A DNA stretch of 64,000 nucleotides from Fonticula alba ATCC 38817. Lineage: Eukaryota; Protista; Nucleariida. This document shows, one piece after another, positions 24,448 to 36,459 of this stretch. The stretch lies in NCBI GenBank assembly GCA_000388065.2, contig KB932205.1. The stretch is one strand, 5' to 3'. The notes beneath the pieces are model-generated. The model searched no databases. It worked only from the letters and a program-made list of their open reading frames with translations, and was not told the origin of the DNA. Positions within the stretch are counted from its first letter, which is position 1. Every line of letters starts with the position of its first letter. The position numbers and the translations under genes are program-made.

Positions 24448-27400
24448 CGCCCCATCCGCCGGACCGCCGGGATGGGGCGCGGCCAGCCACAGATGCCCGT
24501 CGGGCAGCCGCGCCGCCGGAAGCCCTCCCGCCGGTCGGCAGCGGGAAAAGCAAACAGCATGTACCTCAACCGCGATCGGGTATTCGCACAGCCGGCAAAT
24601 CTCGCTCTCGGGCTCGGGCACCTCGGTGGACGTGGGAGACCGTGCTGGCGCGTCGCCGCGCGGGGGGGGGCGCCGGGCGCCGGGCCCGGGGGCCGGAGCA
24701 TCGCCCGGGGCCGGCGGCGACTCGGCCACCGGCCCCGGCGCCCTGGGGCCGGCGCTCGGGGAAGTTGGCACGGCGGCCGCCTCTTCCATTGGCATGTCTC
24801 GGCCGGCGGTCAGGGCCAACGCCCAAGTGGTGCTGGTGTTGACCACCCGCTCGATCATGATGCGTGCCAGGCCCACCGCCTCCACCTGGAGGCGATCCAG
24901 CCGGAAGCCGGGCTCCGGCCCGGCGCCCCCGTCGGCCCGGTCGCCGTCGATGCGGCCGCGGGCATCCGGCCGGCTTGGATCCGTCTGGCCGGCCGGGGCC
25001 GGAGCCGCGGCCGGCGTTCGGGCCAGGCCCGCGGCCAGGCCCTCCGACGGGGCCCGTGTCACGTCGGCCGGGGCCTCGGGCCCGCGAGACCCGGGCTCCC
25101 TCGCGGGCCGGGACAAGAAGGCGGCCTCGCCACCGGAACGATGCCCGCTGGAAAGATCGTCCTCCTCCTCCCCCTCCTCCTCCTCCTCCTCCTCCTCCTC
25201 CTGCAGGTCGTCCATGGTGTTGAGGACCACCGACCGGAGGAAGCTCTCCTGCTGGATGTCCTTCTCCTCGACGTCGACCGTCCACCAGCCCCACCACCAG
25301 CCGCAGATGGCCGACTGGTTGTAGGGCGAGCGTCGGCCCAGCAGCGACCGGACCCCATGGAGGTAGGTGTCCACCTCGGACACGGGGGCATGGCTGCTGT
25401 GTGCCAGGCGCCTCCGGCGCCGGCACAGGCCCGATCGCGACACCAGCCCCAGCATCGGCGGTGGCCGGCCCGTGGTGGCCAGGTACTGGAACTGCTGTTC
25501 GATGGACATTCGCCGGCCGGCCTGCCAGGGGGCCGGGCCGGGGGCCGGCGCGTTGTCGGCACCGGCCCCCGGGCCGAGTGTCCTGCCCGATGCCGGGGGC
25601 GTTTTTTCCGCCTCCTCCTCCAGGCCCCCCATGCTGGAGCAGTAGCCATCCGAATCCCCGGACGAGGGCACCACCGAGGTGGTGTCGGCCCCGAGGGAGC
25701 TGCTGGACCCGGACCACCAGCCGCCGGTCGACATCGGCCGCCGATCGTCCGACGTCTGGGTGGTGGTGCAGCCGCCGGCGCAGCCCTCGTGCGGATTGTC
25801 CAGGCTCAGCCTGGCATCCGGGGCCGTGTCCCAGCCAAGGGGCACTCCCACGTGTGCGCAGCCGACATCCGGCGACCTGACCCTCATCGTGGCCACCCAC
25901 ACCGTGCTCAGGGGGAAGCCATCCTTCGAGGGCCCGCACACCAGCACGGTCCGGCACTGGAGGGGGACCAGCTGTCGGCCGGCGCGCGGGACCACCACAT
26001 GGCTGCATTAGTAAAAGACCAGTTGGCTGGATGGGTTGACTGCTGCTCTTTTCCTCGCGCTGCTTCTCGCTCCCTCTCTCTCTCTCTCTCGTCTTGCCTC
26101 CTGCGGGGCGCGCCCTCGCGACTCGGCGCCTGCCCTGGGCCATTTAACCGCGGGCGGGGGGGGGGGGGGGGGGGGGGGGGGGGAAACCCGGCGGAAGGGC
26201 GCACGCACCGGGCGACAGATCTTGTCCCCCCGGGGGGTGGGGCGGGGCGGGACGTTCGCGTCATCTCACACAAGAGGCGCATCACCCCCACCCCCACCAC
26301 CACCACCACCACCACCACCACCAATACTACTTCTACAACTACTACTTCTACAACTACTACTTCTACTAACACCACCGCCATGCCAAGGGGCGTACCCGTC
26401 CGGAAATGTGTCGAAAGAGAATGACCGACTCGATGAAGCCCTCGGCGGTGGCGGGGTCCGTCTCTTGGTCCGAGGAGGAAGTCGAGTGGGAGGGCATGGG
26501 CGCCGGGGAGCCGGACGTGGCCCCGGCATTTTCGGGCGTCATCGTGCCGGACCGCCGGTCCGCCCCATGGCGCTGGCGCTGGATTTCCGCCTGGTGCACT
26601 CGCCATAGCTGGACCAGCCGGGCTGTCACCGCGTCGAAGCTGGCCAACGACCGAGAAACAGTGCTGCCTTGCTGGTCGGCATCGGCCGGCGGGTCGATGG
26701 AGCTGAGATTGAGCCGCGGCCCGGCCGGATTGGCGGCCAGCGATGCTGCCCGGTCGTCGCTCGGGGCTCCGAGGAGGTGGACATTTTCATCGGCGAGCCG
26801 AGGCACGCGCCCGGCACCCGGGGGGTCCTGAATGAAGTTCTGAATGTATGTGTCTAGGATTTGGCTCGGGTCATAGCTGTGGCCCGTCACAGAGGGGCGG
26901 ATGGCGAGGCCGCGCGAGGCAGTGCAAAGGGACCGGGCGAGGCAGGAAGGGCGTTTGCGAGATGTCAGTGCCAGGCGTCCTGCCAGGAAGAGGCCGAAGC
27001 CCGGGCATGGGGCCGCGTGCCGGGCCGCCCCCCCCCCCCCCCCCCCTCGCCCTTTGGGCAGCAACCAGGGCCGAGGCACGTGCCGCGGCCGCCGGACCCG
27101 GCAGGCGCCGCCGAGGCAATGCCGCCACCGGCACCGGTGTCCCTCGGGCCACGGCCCAGGCCGCCGGTCGATCGTGGCGAGCACCCTCGCAAGCCCCCCA
27201 CGCACCCTAGAACATGCCGGACCAGGGGCGACATGTAGCGCAGGCGCCCGTCGATGGTGCACTCGAAGTAGATGTTGAGCTCCTGCAGCCCCTGGACCTG
27301 GGAAGTCAGCGAGAGCCCTGGCGCCTCGAAGATCACCGACTCGGGCGGCCCGACGGGCTGCGGCCCCACTTGCGGCAGCATGCCGCGGGGGCTGTGGCCG

Positions 27401-29219
27401 CGATAGGAATCCACCATGGCCGGCGACATGTTGCCCCCCGCGAGGCCCATGCTACCATCCGGCCCCACGAGCAACGGCTCGGCCGTGGGCTCGCCGCCCC
27501 ACTGGCGATAGGAGCTGGAATGCGGCACGCCGGTGTACTGCCGAGTCCGGTGGGTGGATGCGTTCCAGATGTCCGGGGGGTCGGCCGCCTCGGCGAGCCG
27601 GATGCCCGGCTGGCTGGCCGGCCGCGGCCCGTGCCCGGAGACGCTGAGGCGCCGGCGGAGATTCCCGGCCGCCGAGGTGGCCGTGTCAATTTGGTTGATG
27701 ATCTTCACCAGGCCACTGCGGTGCTCCACCGGCATGAGATTCAGCTCCGGGCGGATGTCCAAGATCCGCAGGTTGGTAATTCGTCGGGCCAGCTGGCAGC
27801 AAGCCACCAGCAGTGAGAGAACCCAAAAACGCCCCTCCAGCCGGGACTCCTCGCCGGGGCTGAGCTCCCGCCAGTCGAACATCTGATTGCGATACCAGGA
27901 GTAAAGCATCCCATGGTGATCGTTGCAACAATCGCCGGGGATGGCGTCGCCGCGGAAGGCGTCCCGGTCGGCGGCCTGGCTGCCGTTGGGGCCGCCGGCC
28001 TCGGCCCCGGTGCCGTTGGCCGGGGTGCTGATGCCGCTGCCGTGCGAGTCGTTGCTGGCCTCGCCGTCGCTGGAAAGGACCTGGCGATACCGGCAGTCAT
28101 TGGCCCGGCAGGTGGGCCACGCCAGGACCACCAGCTGCAGAGCGCGCGAGGCCCGGGTGAGGATCTTGTCCACGGCCGCCAGATCGCGCGGGGCCGAGAA
28201 GAGCCGCGTCAGCCAGGCGTGATGGGTGTCGAGCGCGGCGCCGGCCTGCGATGTGGAGGTTGTGGAAGCCGACTCGGATGTCGGCGGCGTGGAGTAGGCA
28301 GCCATCCGGGCCCGCATGCCATGGAGCGGGTGCCTCCGGCCGGGGGTCAGCCTGGCCGAGTCGTACACCAGGCGACCGGGTTCCGGCATGGCGCCATTCT
28401 GGAAGGCATCGCGGCGCGAGCCCCGGCGCCGGCATCGGAGCTGCTGCTGGCGCCGGCGGACATTTTGCAAGCGCCGCTGATGCCGGGCCACCAGCTCGGC
28501 CGACATGTGCACCGACCCCAGCGAGGCGATGTCCTCGCACACCATGCGCAGAAGCCACACGAGCGTTGCCCACAGCAGGCGCGACTGGTCGGCCCGCTCG
28601 GTGTCCGACGTCAGGAGGACGGACCCGCGCAGGGAGAACCCCATTTCCGCGGGCGGCGGCTCGGGATTCGGCATGGACCCGGCGTCGCTCGGCTCGCCAT
28701 TCGACCATCGCGACGGGGGGGCGCCCTCATGAAACCCCTCATACAGCCCGCGGTACAGGTCCAGCTCGGAGTCCGGGACCTTCCACAGGCGCAGGAGAGC
28801 CTGCTGGGCGAGGCTCAGCTCGCGCACGGGATTCGTCGGCGGCATGAACCGCGGCAGGGCTGCCATGGCCCGGTGCATTTGGAGGTGGATCCAGGGCCAC
28901 AGTGCGGGCGGGGGCGGGGCGGACCCCAAACATTCGCGACCACGGCGGGCGGTTAGACATGGCCGATGGCCGATGGCCAGGCGACCGGGGCCCGGAGGGT
29001 CCATGGGACCGGCGTACCGGAACGAATGCGCGATGACAGATCCTGGCAGGCATTGAGGGTGATGATGTAGCGCTGGCGTTGGGTCCGGTAGACATGGAGA
29101 TACTCGGATACCTCGCGCATCTGGAGCAGGTCCTCCAATGGGCAGCGGCCGTCATCTTGCCCGGAGAAGTTACCATCGCCGGTAGCCGCCTCGGGACCAG
29201 CAGCACGACCGGGGCTCAT
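7322..29219 (-). CDS. RIM15: Giant Rim15/Cek1/Greatwall-like AGC Ser/Thr kinase (PAS, C2HC zinc finger, kinase, receiver), about 6,500 aa
   Basis: Exons 29219-29018, 28859-27206, 26876-26396, 25971-24565, 24284-19101, 18730-18305, 17972-14158, 13906-8027, 7799-7322 join in phase through GT-AG introns (19,527 nt, 6,508 aa from the first visible ATG). Motifs: [66 protein letters not shown]; PAS and CRLC..H..C upstream; receiver at C-terminus. True start may lie upstream because an acceptor-like ctgattgccag precedes 29221 next to a gap. Orthology name is by domain architecture. Confidence 0.88.
7400..9810 (-). other. Response-regulator receiver domain of the kinase, interrupted by insertions
   Basis: beta1-alpha1 [22 protein letters not shown] (about 9730-9810); beta3 KWNIIFVD (Asp at 8074-8076); ILQ|[16 protein letters not shown] (beta4 Thr); [14 protein letters not shown] (beta5 Lys-Pro). 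Order and spacing of the C-terminal half resemble fungal Rim15 receivers. Confidence 0.75.
16170..19520 (-). other. AGC protein kinase catalytic domain and C-tail
   Basis: [31 protein letters not shown] through ERE (alphaC), [60 protein letters not shown]; all catalytic residues present. Confidence 0.97.
18058..18220. other. Assembly gap (163 N) inside a kinase intron
   Basis: Run of N; flanking exons join in phase (DW|WALG) so no coding sequence appears lost. Confidence 1.
24250..24600 (-). other. C2HC zinc finger of the kinase, split by an intron
   Basis: Removing intron 24564-24285 gives [12 protein letters not shown]|DFATHAAAC (C-x2-C-x11-H-x3-C), the CRIC..H...C finger typical of Rim15/IRE kinases. 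Confidence 0.85.
25880..27290 (-). other. PAS domain of the kinase, split over three exons
   Basis: Spliced: [23 protein letters not shown]|[17 protein letters not shown] ... [16 protein letters not shown]|[30 protein letters not shown], matching PAS N-terminal (S-P...LG-Y-x-P) and C-terminal (FRH..G, then the TxW strand of Rim15 PAS) patterns. Confidence 0.8.
26324..26370. repeat. 15-mer tandem repeat (ACTACTACTTCTACA)x3 in kinase intron
   Basis: Three adjacent near-perfect copies next to a (CAC)n run. Confidence 0.85.
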
Positions 29220-29251
29220 GCCTGGCAATCAGGATGCCTGTGTGTCTGGGG

Positions 29252-29443
29252 NNNNNNNNNNNNNNNNNNNNNNNNNNNNNNNNNNNNNNNNNNNNNNNNN
29301 NNNNNNNNNNNNNNNNNNNNNNNNNNNNNNNNNNNNNNNNNNNNNNNNNNNNNNNNNNNNNNNNNNNNNNNNNNNNNNNNNNNNNNNNNNNNNNNNNNNN
29401 NNNNNNNNNNNNNNNNNNNNNNNNNNNNNNNNNNNNNNNNNNN
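29252..29443. other. Assembly gap (192 N) at the kinase 5' end
   Basis: Run of N. Confidence 1.
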
Positions 29444-30317
29444 GGGGGTGAGGGAAGTGGAGGAAACTAGTGTCCATGTGGTGGAGATGCAGGCCCAGGG
29501 GGGTGGCAAAAAAAAAAAAAGAACGATGCAACCTGCAGGGCTGGCCCGATGCCTCCCCTCCCTCAGCGTCGGCTGTGTGGGGAGGGGCAGGGGGGAAGGC
29601 GCCGGTGCGAATGTCTGCCGTGCGTTTTTCCTCCTGGTGGCTCTGTCTCTTGCGCGCCTTCCCCGGCCTCGCTCCCGATCCGCCGGCGGCCAGATGTGGC
29701 GCCAGGCTGTGCGCGGCCTCTCAGTCCCCCGGCCGCGGGGCGGCCTTTGCGCGTGCCGCGGAGCACCCTGCGCACGTATGCGCCATCATGCTCACCGGTC
29801 TGCCTCTTCTCTGTCTCATGCCGGGGGCCGAAGTGTCTGGCAACCCCCCGCCCCGGGATCTTCAGGCCGCACCTCATCACCACCCGCCGGCTGGCCGGCC
29901 GAGAGGGTGGGGGCAACCCGGGCCCGGTGTCGAGGCCCAGGATCGGGGGCCCTTCGACAAGGGCTCCCCGATTCCGAGGCCCGAAGGGGCCTACCAGCGG
30001 CCAACGGAGGCGGGGGCGGGGGGGGGGGGGGGGGTGGGGGCGGGGGGGGGGGCGGGGGGGGGGGGGGGGGGCAGTAGCCATGTTGCATGTTGACCGGGGC
30101 CGGGCACCTCCTCTGCCATCCCAGCATCCGGGAGAGGCGGGAAGCCTTGTTGTCCGGGGGCAGGGGGAACGGGAGGTCTCGCCCGTCTAGTGGAGCATGA
30201 AGCCGCGCAAAATGGTCGCGCCCATGGAGAAAGGGCCGAGCCCCTTGGGGGTGCATGCGCGCTTGCACCCACACTCGCACGCGCACCCGCATCCACCGAG
30301 GGGGGGCCAACCTCTGG

Positions 30318-30318
<1 letters not shown>

Positions 30319-30355
<37 letters not shown>
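30319..30355. repeat. Poly-G tract, 37 nt
   Basis: Uninterrupted G run. Confidence 0.97.
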
Positions 30356-30356
<1 letters not shown>

Positions 30357-33121
30357 CAAGGGAAAAGGGGGCGGGTGGTGGTAAAAAAGTAAAAATTCCC
30401 GGTCGACGGCCCGCGGCCAAGCCGCGGCCACGGGATGGAAGGCCCCCGAGACCGGGTGGCCCCCTCTTTCGCCCGCCCGCCCCCCGCCCCCTCCCTCCGG
30501 CCCCGCCTCTCGTGGGCGGTTCCTGCCCCCATCATGCTGAAGGCGTTGCCTCGCGCGCGCGCGCGCGCGCGCGACGGCGTACACCACGCATGGCCCTCGG
30601 GACAAACGGACCGGGCCAGCGCAGGGCCCATCAAGGGGGCCGCATGTGGGCAGGGGGCGACACGATCGAGGGGAGCACCGGGGCGCGACCTTCCCCGGGA
30701 GCCGACGTTCGCCGGGCCTCGGCCGCCGGGTTCCGGCACATGTGCAGCCGCGCCCGAGCGCCGAGGTGTGGATGCGCCTGGGCACATGCGTGTTTTTTTT
30801 TCTTTCCCCCACCAGGACGAGCATTTGGCGTCCCTCCGTGGTCCCCTCTCCCTGCCCCTTGCCTTCCGCCGGACCGGCGGCCTGCCAGGGAAGCACACGG
30901 CCTCCAGTGCGGGGCCCCATGGCCGCGGGGCTTTCCCCTCCCCCGGCCCCAGCAGGCGGCCGCCTTGACCGGGGACCGACGTCAGAGACTGCGACACAGG
31001 CCGGAGGGTTGGGAGCAGTGGCGAGCCGTGCTCTCCGCGCGTCATCTACATGTGGAAATGCTGGCAACTGGGGGGGGGGGGGGGGGTCCCCCCGCCGCTG
31101 TGTCGGCCGGCCCGCGTGCTGGCCCTGCCTCTTGCATGTGCCTACCCCGCTGGCCCATGCCCAATGATGACAGATGGAGGCACCTTGTGGTTGAAAGAGC
31201 CGACAGCCCAGGCACCTTGGCGCTGGCCCCATCATGAAGATGAGCGCACCGGCGATGCCAAGGAGCATGGTCTGATTGCGTACATTTGAGCTGAATCTGT
31301 TCGGGGAGGGGGGGGGGCGGGGACGGGGCAGGACATCGAGAGTGCGAGGGCAGGGGCGTCCCGCAGGTGCAGGCAGGCAAACACCCGAATGCCCCCGACT
31401 CGGCCCTTGAGCGGGGAGAAAGGGAAGAGATGTCTCACACCCCACAACCTCAGTTGCCTCCCAGGGTGTGGGGGTCACGCGCGCGGCCCCCCGCCCCCCG
31501 TCCCCCGCCCCCCGCTCCATTCCCGCGGGCCCCGAGGCGACAGGGATCTCCGAAGGTGCTGGCGGCACGCGCACACCCACACCCACATGGAGCCGGGGTG
31601 ATCTCATGGTGTACATCCTCCGTGCGAGACCCCGGCCACGGGCATGACACACCGACACCCGGGGCGAGACAGCGAGCGCGGGTCTATCGGGCACCTGGTG
31701 CGAGCGAAAGCCCGGGCGGCGGGGACCGAGACCCGGCACGCCCAGTCCCCTCGGCCTGTCTCCGGCGAGCAGGGCATGCATAGCGGGCGCAGGCCCTCCC
31801 GCGCCAAGGTGTCAGGCAACAAACAAACGCATGCTCCGACGGCAGGGCTCCCCCGAGCGCTGGCAGTGCTCGATGGGGATTGTGGGGAGAGAAGTCGGGG
31901 CAGATGCGGGGCCGCGGGCACGCCCCAGGGGTTGTGGGCTAACCCCATGGTACTGGGCCTGTGTGGAAGGCTGGCAACATTCCCGCCTGTTTTGCGCGCA
32001 GTGCCAACGGAGGTGTCCCTCGGGCCCGTGACCCTGGCCTCGGGGTGGCCCTTCCGATCACGCCTGTGGGAGGATGATTTCGGGCCGCGCTCTGGCGGTC
32101 GAACTACGAGACGTGTCTCTCTAGACGGCTCGGCCGCCAGCCGGTCCGCCGGGCGCGTGAGTGTCCCGCCGCCGGTATGCTGCGCCTCCCTGAACCGGGA
32201 AGGCCGCAATGTATGTGTTCGCCCTGGAGGTAGGGGGCGGCTGGGAGGGGTACCTGCGCCTGCCCTGGCCCCCGCGCCCAGTGTGCACCGCCAGCGAGGG
32301 GCTCTTTTTTCTTCTTCTTCTTCTTCTTTTTTGGGCTCTCGCCGCGCCTCTGAGGAATTATCGGCCCCAATGGCGTGCATCCTGCGTCGCTGCTCCAAAG
32401 GGTCCCACTCGCGGGGCAGGCACCATGGAATCAAGCCGCGACGGGACGCGACGCGACGCGACGCGACGGGGGAGGGGGGGATCAAAGGGCGGATGGACGT
32501 GGTGCCCCTCCCTGCCTGGGGCTCGCGTCGGAGGGGTCCGGATCTCGGGCCCTGGAACAAAGTCAGGGCCTCACATGAGGCCTGCCAGAGGAACGGGGAC
32601 GGGGCGGGACCGGGCGAGGGAGGGCCGGGGAGGGGGGGAGGGGGCGCACCCGGGAGTTCCCACACTTTTTGACATGTGCGCTCGGGGCGGGGGGGGGGGG
32701 CGGGAGACCGGCCCACTCGGATGGGAGTGGGCTCTCAAAGGTGGTGCATCGCCGGCCGGGCGCTTGGGCCGCCGTTCGCCCGGGCGCACTTCTCCGTGTT
32801 CCATGGCTTTCTCTCCTCATCCCGGTCGCAGGCCGGGCGGGAGAGTGAGACACCGGCCCCAAGAAGCCCGAGGAAGCGCGTCGGGCGGCGGGGATCATGG
32901 ATCCGCGCGATCGCTCGATTGTGTCGCCGTCGGCCCCCGCGTGTGAAACCGCCTTCGCCACAGGGGCCCGCCACGCCAGCATCCCCGTCTGAGTGCGCAC
33001 TCGTGCGGGGATTTGTGAGTCACCCGCGCCCGCGCCCGCGCCCGTGCCTGCCCCGTGTCTGGCCCTCTCGGCTACCCCGCCTTTTGTGGCCCAGGCGTGC
33101 TGTGTGCGTGTGTGGGAACAG

Positions 33122-33122
<1 letters not shown>

Positions 33123-33179
<57 letters not shown>
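33123..33179. repeat. Poly-G tract, 57 nt
   Basis: Uninterrupted G run. Confidence 0.98.
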
Positions 33180-33185
<6 letters not shown>

Positions 33186-34546
33186 GACGGATGAATGTTG
33201 GTCCATGCGTGCGCGCCTGTGTACATGCGTGCGTGTGACTGGCCACCCTCTGCCTCTATGTTTGGTCCTGTCTCGCTTGCAGAGGTCCCCATTGTCCATG
33301 CACACCACCAGGGCAGGATGCGTTTCCCAAGTGGACCGGGCGAATGTTTGATGCGCTCGCGGAGGATGTAGGACGCGGTTGGCCGATGAGAGGGGACAGA
33401 GGCACGGGGACGGAAGGCCGGGCTACCATGGCCACGCCCTTGCTTGGCTCCCTGTTCTCCAGCACCCTCCTCGCGCCCCGGCCCGCACAGCCCCCCTGGA
33501 GCAGGCCGGCTCCTGAGAGAGCGAATCAGTTGGAGGGGGGGGGGGGCGCGCTCGGGCACGCACGATAACGGCACCATGTCACCCTCTGGTACATTGGCCA
33601 GGCCGCCCCCTGGCCACCTCGGGAAGGAGCGCAGCCAGGCGGCGGCGGCAGGCCGCCCCCCCCCCCCTTTCACCTCCTGTCCCCTCTTTCGGCGGCCGCG
33701 GGCGGCGCGCATGCCCATGCATGTGAGGGGACCGAGGGGTCGAAAGAGAGAGGGAGAGCAAGTGGCCAGGCACTTAATCAGGCACCCGGCACCTCGGGGC
33801 ATATTGCCCTGCCCAATTCCCCAAGGCTACGCTGGTCAAGTCAGGCACCTGGGTCCTGGGCTCCGCCGGCCGGGGCCGGGCCGCTTTCCATGGCGGCGCC
33901 ACGAAACCGAGCGCGTACAGGCCTCTCTCCGGGCCCTGCTCGGTCGGTCCCTCCCCGGCAAGGCCCTCTGGTGTCCCCCCCTCCCCCCCGCCCGCCGGAG
34001 GGCCATTTGACCTGTACCACGGCGGGCCGGCACGCGAGGCAGGCACAAATGAATCATCGTCCCTGGTCGGGCCCTGCTCGCGCCAGTCAGTTAGCCGCCC
34101 CGCCGGGCCCAGACGTGCGGCCACATCTAACACCAGCGCACTGGGGCCCGGGGAGGGGGGGGGGGAATGTCAGGTCTGAAGGGCCCCAGGCGAAGTTGGT
34201 GCGTGCACGGTCGCAAATTCCCCGGTGCCACGTTACACGCACACATCGAGGGCGCGGGCGCCGGGGGGGGGGGGGGGGGGGGGGGGGGGGAGACCACCGC
34301 GAGCCGTCTGACGGAGCACGTTCGAATGCGTGCGGGCTTAACGCGTACCCCGGCGCGCCTGCTTTTTGACAGCGCCCCCGCCTTCGGCAATGGCGCCGCT
34401 GGCGGCCGGCCCGGTCTTCCGCTGGACCAGGCGCCGGGGCCCCGGCCCTAGGCGCCCTGCAGATGTCCCTCCCGCCCCTCTGTTGGCGGAGGTCGGGGGG
34501 TGGGGGTGCTCCACTTGTTCCGCCCAGTCCCGCACACGCACACGCA

Positions 34547-34612
34547 CAGAGACAGACAGACAGACAGACCGACAGACAGACAGACAGACAGACACACAGA
34601 CAGACAGACACA
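34547..34612. repeat. (AGAC)n microsatellite
   Basis: Imperfect tetranucleotide run. Confidence 0.95.
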
Positions 34613-34900
34613 GCCTCGCCCACCCTCTATTCCTCGGCTCCTCCTCCGTGTGCCCCGGGGTAGGGGGATGCGAATGGGGGGAAAAGGGGCCACCAGCTGG
34701 TTCAGCCAGGGCAAGGGCACCGCGCGACCAGGCCTGTCCTATCTCTTCCTCCTCCGACCGTCCCCTGGCCCGGCCAGTGACACGGCACGCCAGGGGCGGT
34801 CGGCCGAAGGGGCGCCCTTCAGGTCGGGGATGACGCTCGGAAAATAGCCCCAGCGATGGTAACCGGCAGGGCGGCCGCGCAGCACTTCCTAGTCACAAAC

Positions 34901-34967
34901 NNNNNNNNNNNNNNNNNNNNNNNNNNNNNNNNNNNNNNNNNNNNNNNNNNNNNNNNNNNNNNNNNNN
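34901..34967. other. Assembly gap (67 N)
   Basis: Run of N. Confidence 1.
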
Positions 34968-36437
34968 GGGGGGGGGGGGGGGAGGATGTACACGGCTCTC
35001 TGTCGCCGCGGGGGCAGACCGGCGCCCACACCCAGGAGACCGGGTGCCCATTGTGTGTGGCCGACTGTCGACGAGCAGGAGACCAGCGGGAGGCGGCTTG
35101 GGCGCGGGCCGGGGCGGCGGCCAACAGGGGCGGGCGGACAGGGGGGGGGAATCATCGCCGGGGATGGGCCTGGCGCCCGATGCGGCTGTGCCGAGGCCTG
35201 CCCACACCGAACCACAGGACGGACCCGGGCGCGCGCGCGCACCTCCGCCCCGGCCCTCGGCGACAAGCCGGCACACCGCCGGCACCGGGCCGGCCCCAGA
35301 AAAGGAGATGCTCCAATCGCCCATAACCGACACACTGCCACATGCTGCAGTTGCGCCGGCTCACAGGCCAATGCCCGTCGAGCTTTCGGCGCCATTTGAC
35401 GAGCGCACTGGTTGCACGTCGCTGCTGCTCAGCGGCGACAGCCCGCCGCGGGGCGGAGGGAGGAGGACCGACGACGCGCCGCGCCGCGCCGCGCCGCGCC
35501 ATACCAGACCAGTCGCCCTCGGTTGATGCCCTGCCGAGGATGGGGGAGCGCGGGCTTGTACGCGCGCTCGCACACACACACACACGCACGCACGCACGCA
35601 CGCACGCGCACACGCACACACACACACACACCTTCATTTACAACAAGGCATCCAGGCGCCAAGAATGGCAGCAATAACAGCCCGCACTGGGGCCGCCTTC
35701 GCCCGGTCCTCCCTCCACCTTCACGGGCGTCGGCGTGTCTCCTTCGGGCCTTGCCTCGTCATCTGTAAGCCCCATGCCGGCCCCTGCCGCACTGCGCTTC
35801 AGGTATGCGCAGGCATTGGAGTTCTAGGAATCGGCCGCCGGGGCGTGGACATTTGCTCGCCTTTTCTCACCCTCCGGAATGGGCAACACCGGTCGGCCGT
35901 GGAGGGCCCAAGGCCGGGGCGCATGTCCGCATGCGACACGCGCCGTCTCGGCTTGCGGGTGTGGGAATGGACGGGATTCCATCGGCCACCCTCGCTCTGC
36001 CGCGTGCGCGCACAGACACCCACACACACATACACACACACACACACATCTCCCTGGCGTGCATGCATGCATGTGAGTCCTCTACTCCCTCAGTCGCCAT
36101 GTCCCCTCACATAGACAGGCCCCTGGCGCGGTGTCTTCGCGCCTCGCTGGCCCTGGGCAGGGAAGGGGTCATTCAGAGGCAAGGACCCACTTGCGTCCCC
36201 ACCTGCAGCTCGGGCACGTCTAGCTTCGAAGCGGGCAGCCCGGGCGCCCGGATGATTTCCGGCTCCTCCAACTCGCTAGACGGAGGCAGACGGGCGGCTC
36301 GGAGGACGGGTCCCGGCCTGGCGCATCTGGGGACGCCGGGGCGGGACGACAATCTGAGACAGGAACCCATGGTAGGGAGCGAACATGATCCGCGCCGGAG
36401 GATATTTCGAGGCCAGGGGTGCATGTGCGCCGGCATA

Positions 36438-36459
36438 ATATATATATATATATATATAT
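36438..36459. repeat. (TA)n microsatellite
   Basis: The longest AT-only dinucleotide run I noticed in the window. Confidence 0.95.

Noticed and set aside
25280-25310. GWWWGWW Trp cluster in a kinase exon as a functional motif
   Set aside because: Derives from a (TGG)-type repeat; no supporting context, though the frame remains open.
8677-25324. Many long Pro/Arg/Gly-rich ORFs overlapping the kinase (e.g. 9635-12727 minus, 10441-12966 plus, 15657-18029 plus, 21805-24144 plus, 24181-26424 plus)
   Set aside because: Shadow frames of a very GC-rich coding region where stops are rare; only one frame carries kinase motifs and phase-consistent splicing.
26210-26265. Possible 56-nt micro-exon in the kinase intron to reconcile the acceptor at 26002
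   Set aside because: Using the next acceptor (25971) restores phase directly and gives a better PAS sequence (FRHISGR|LVPLQCRT).
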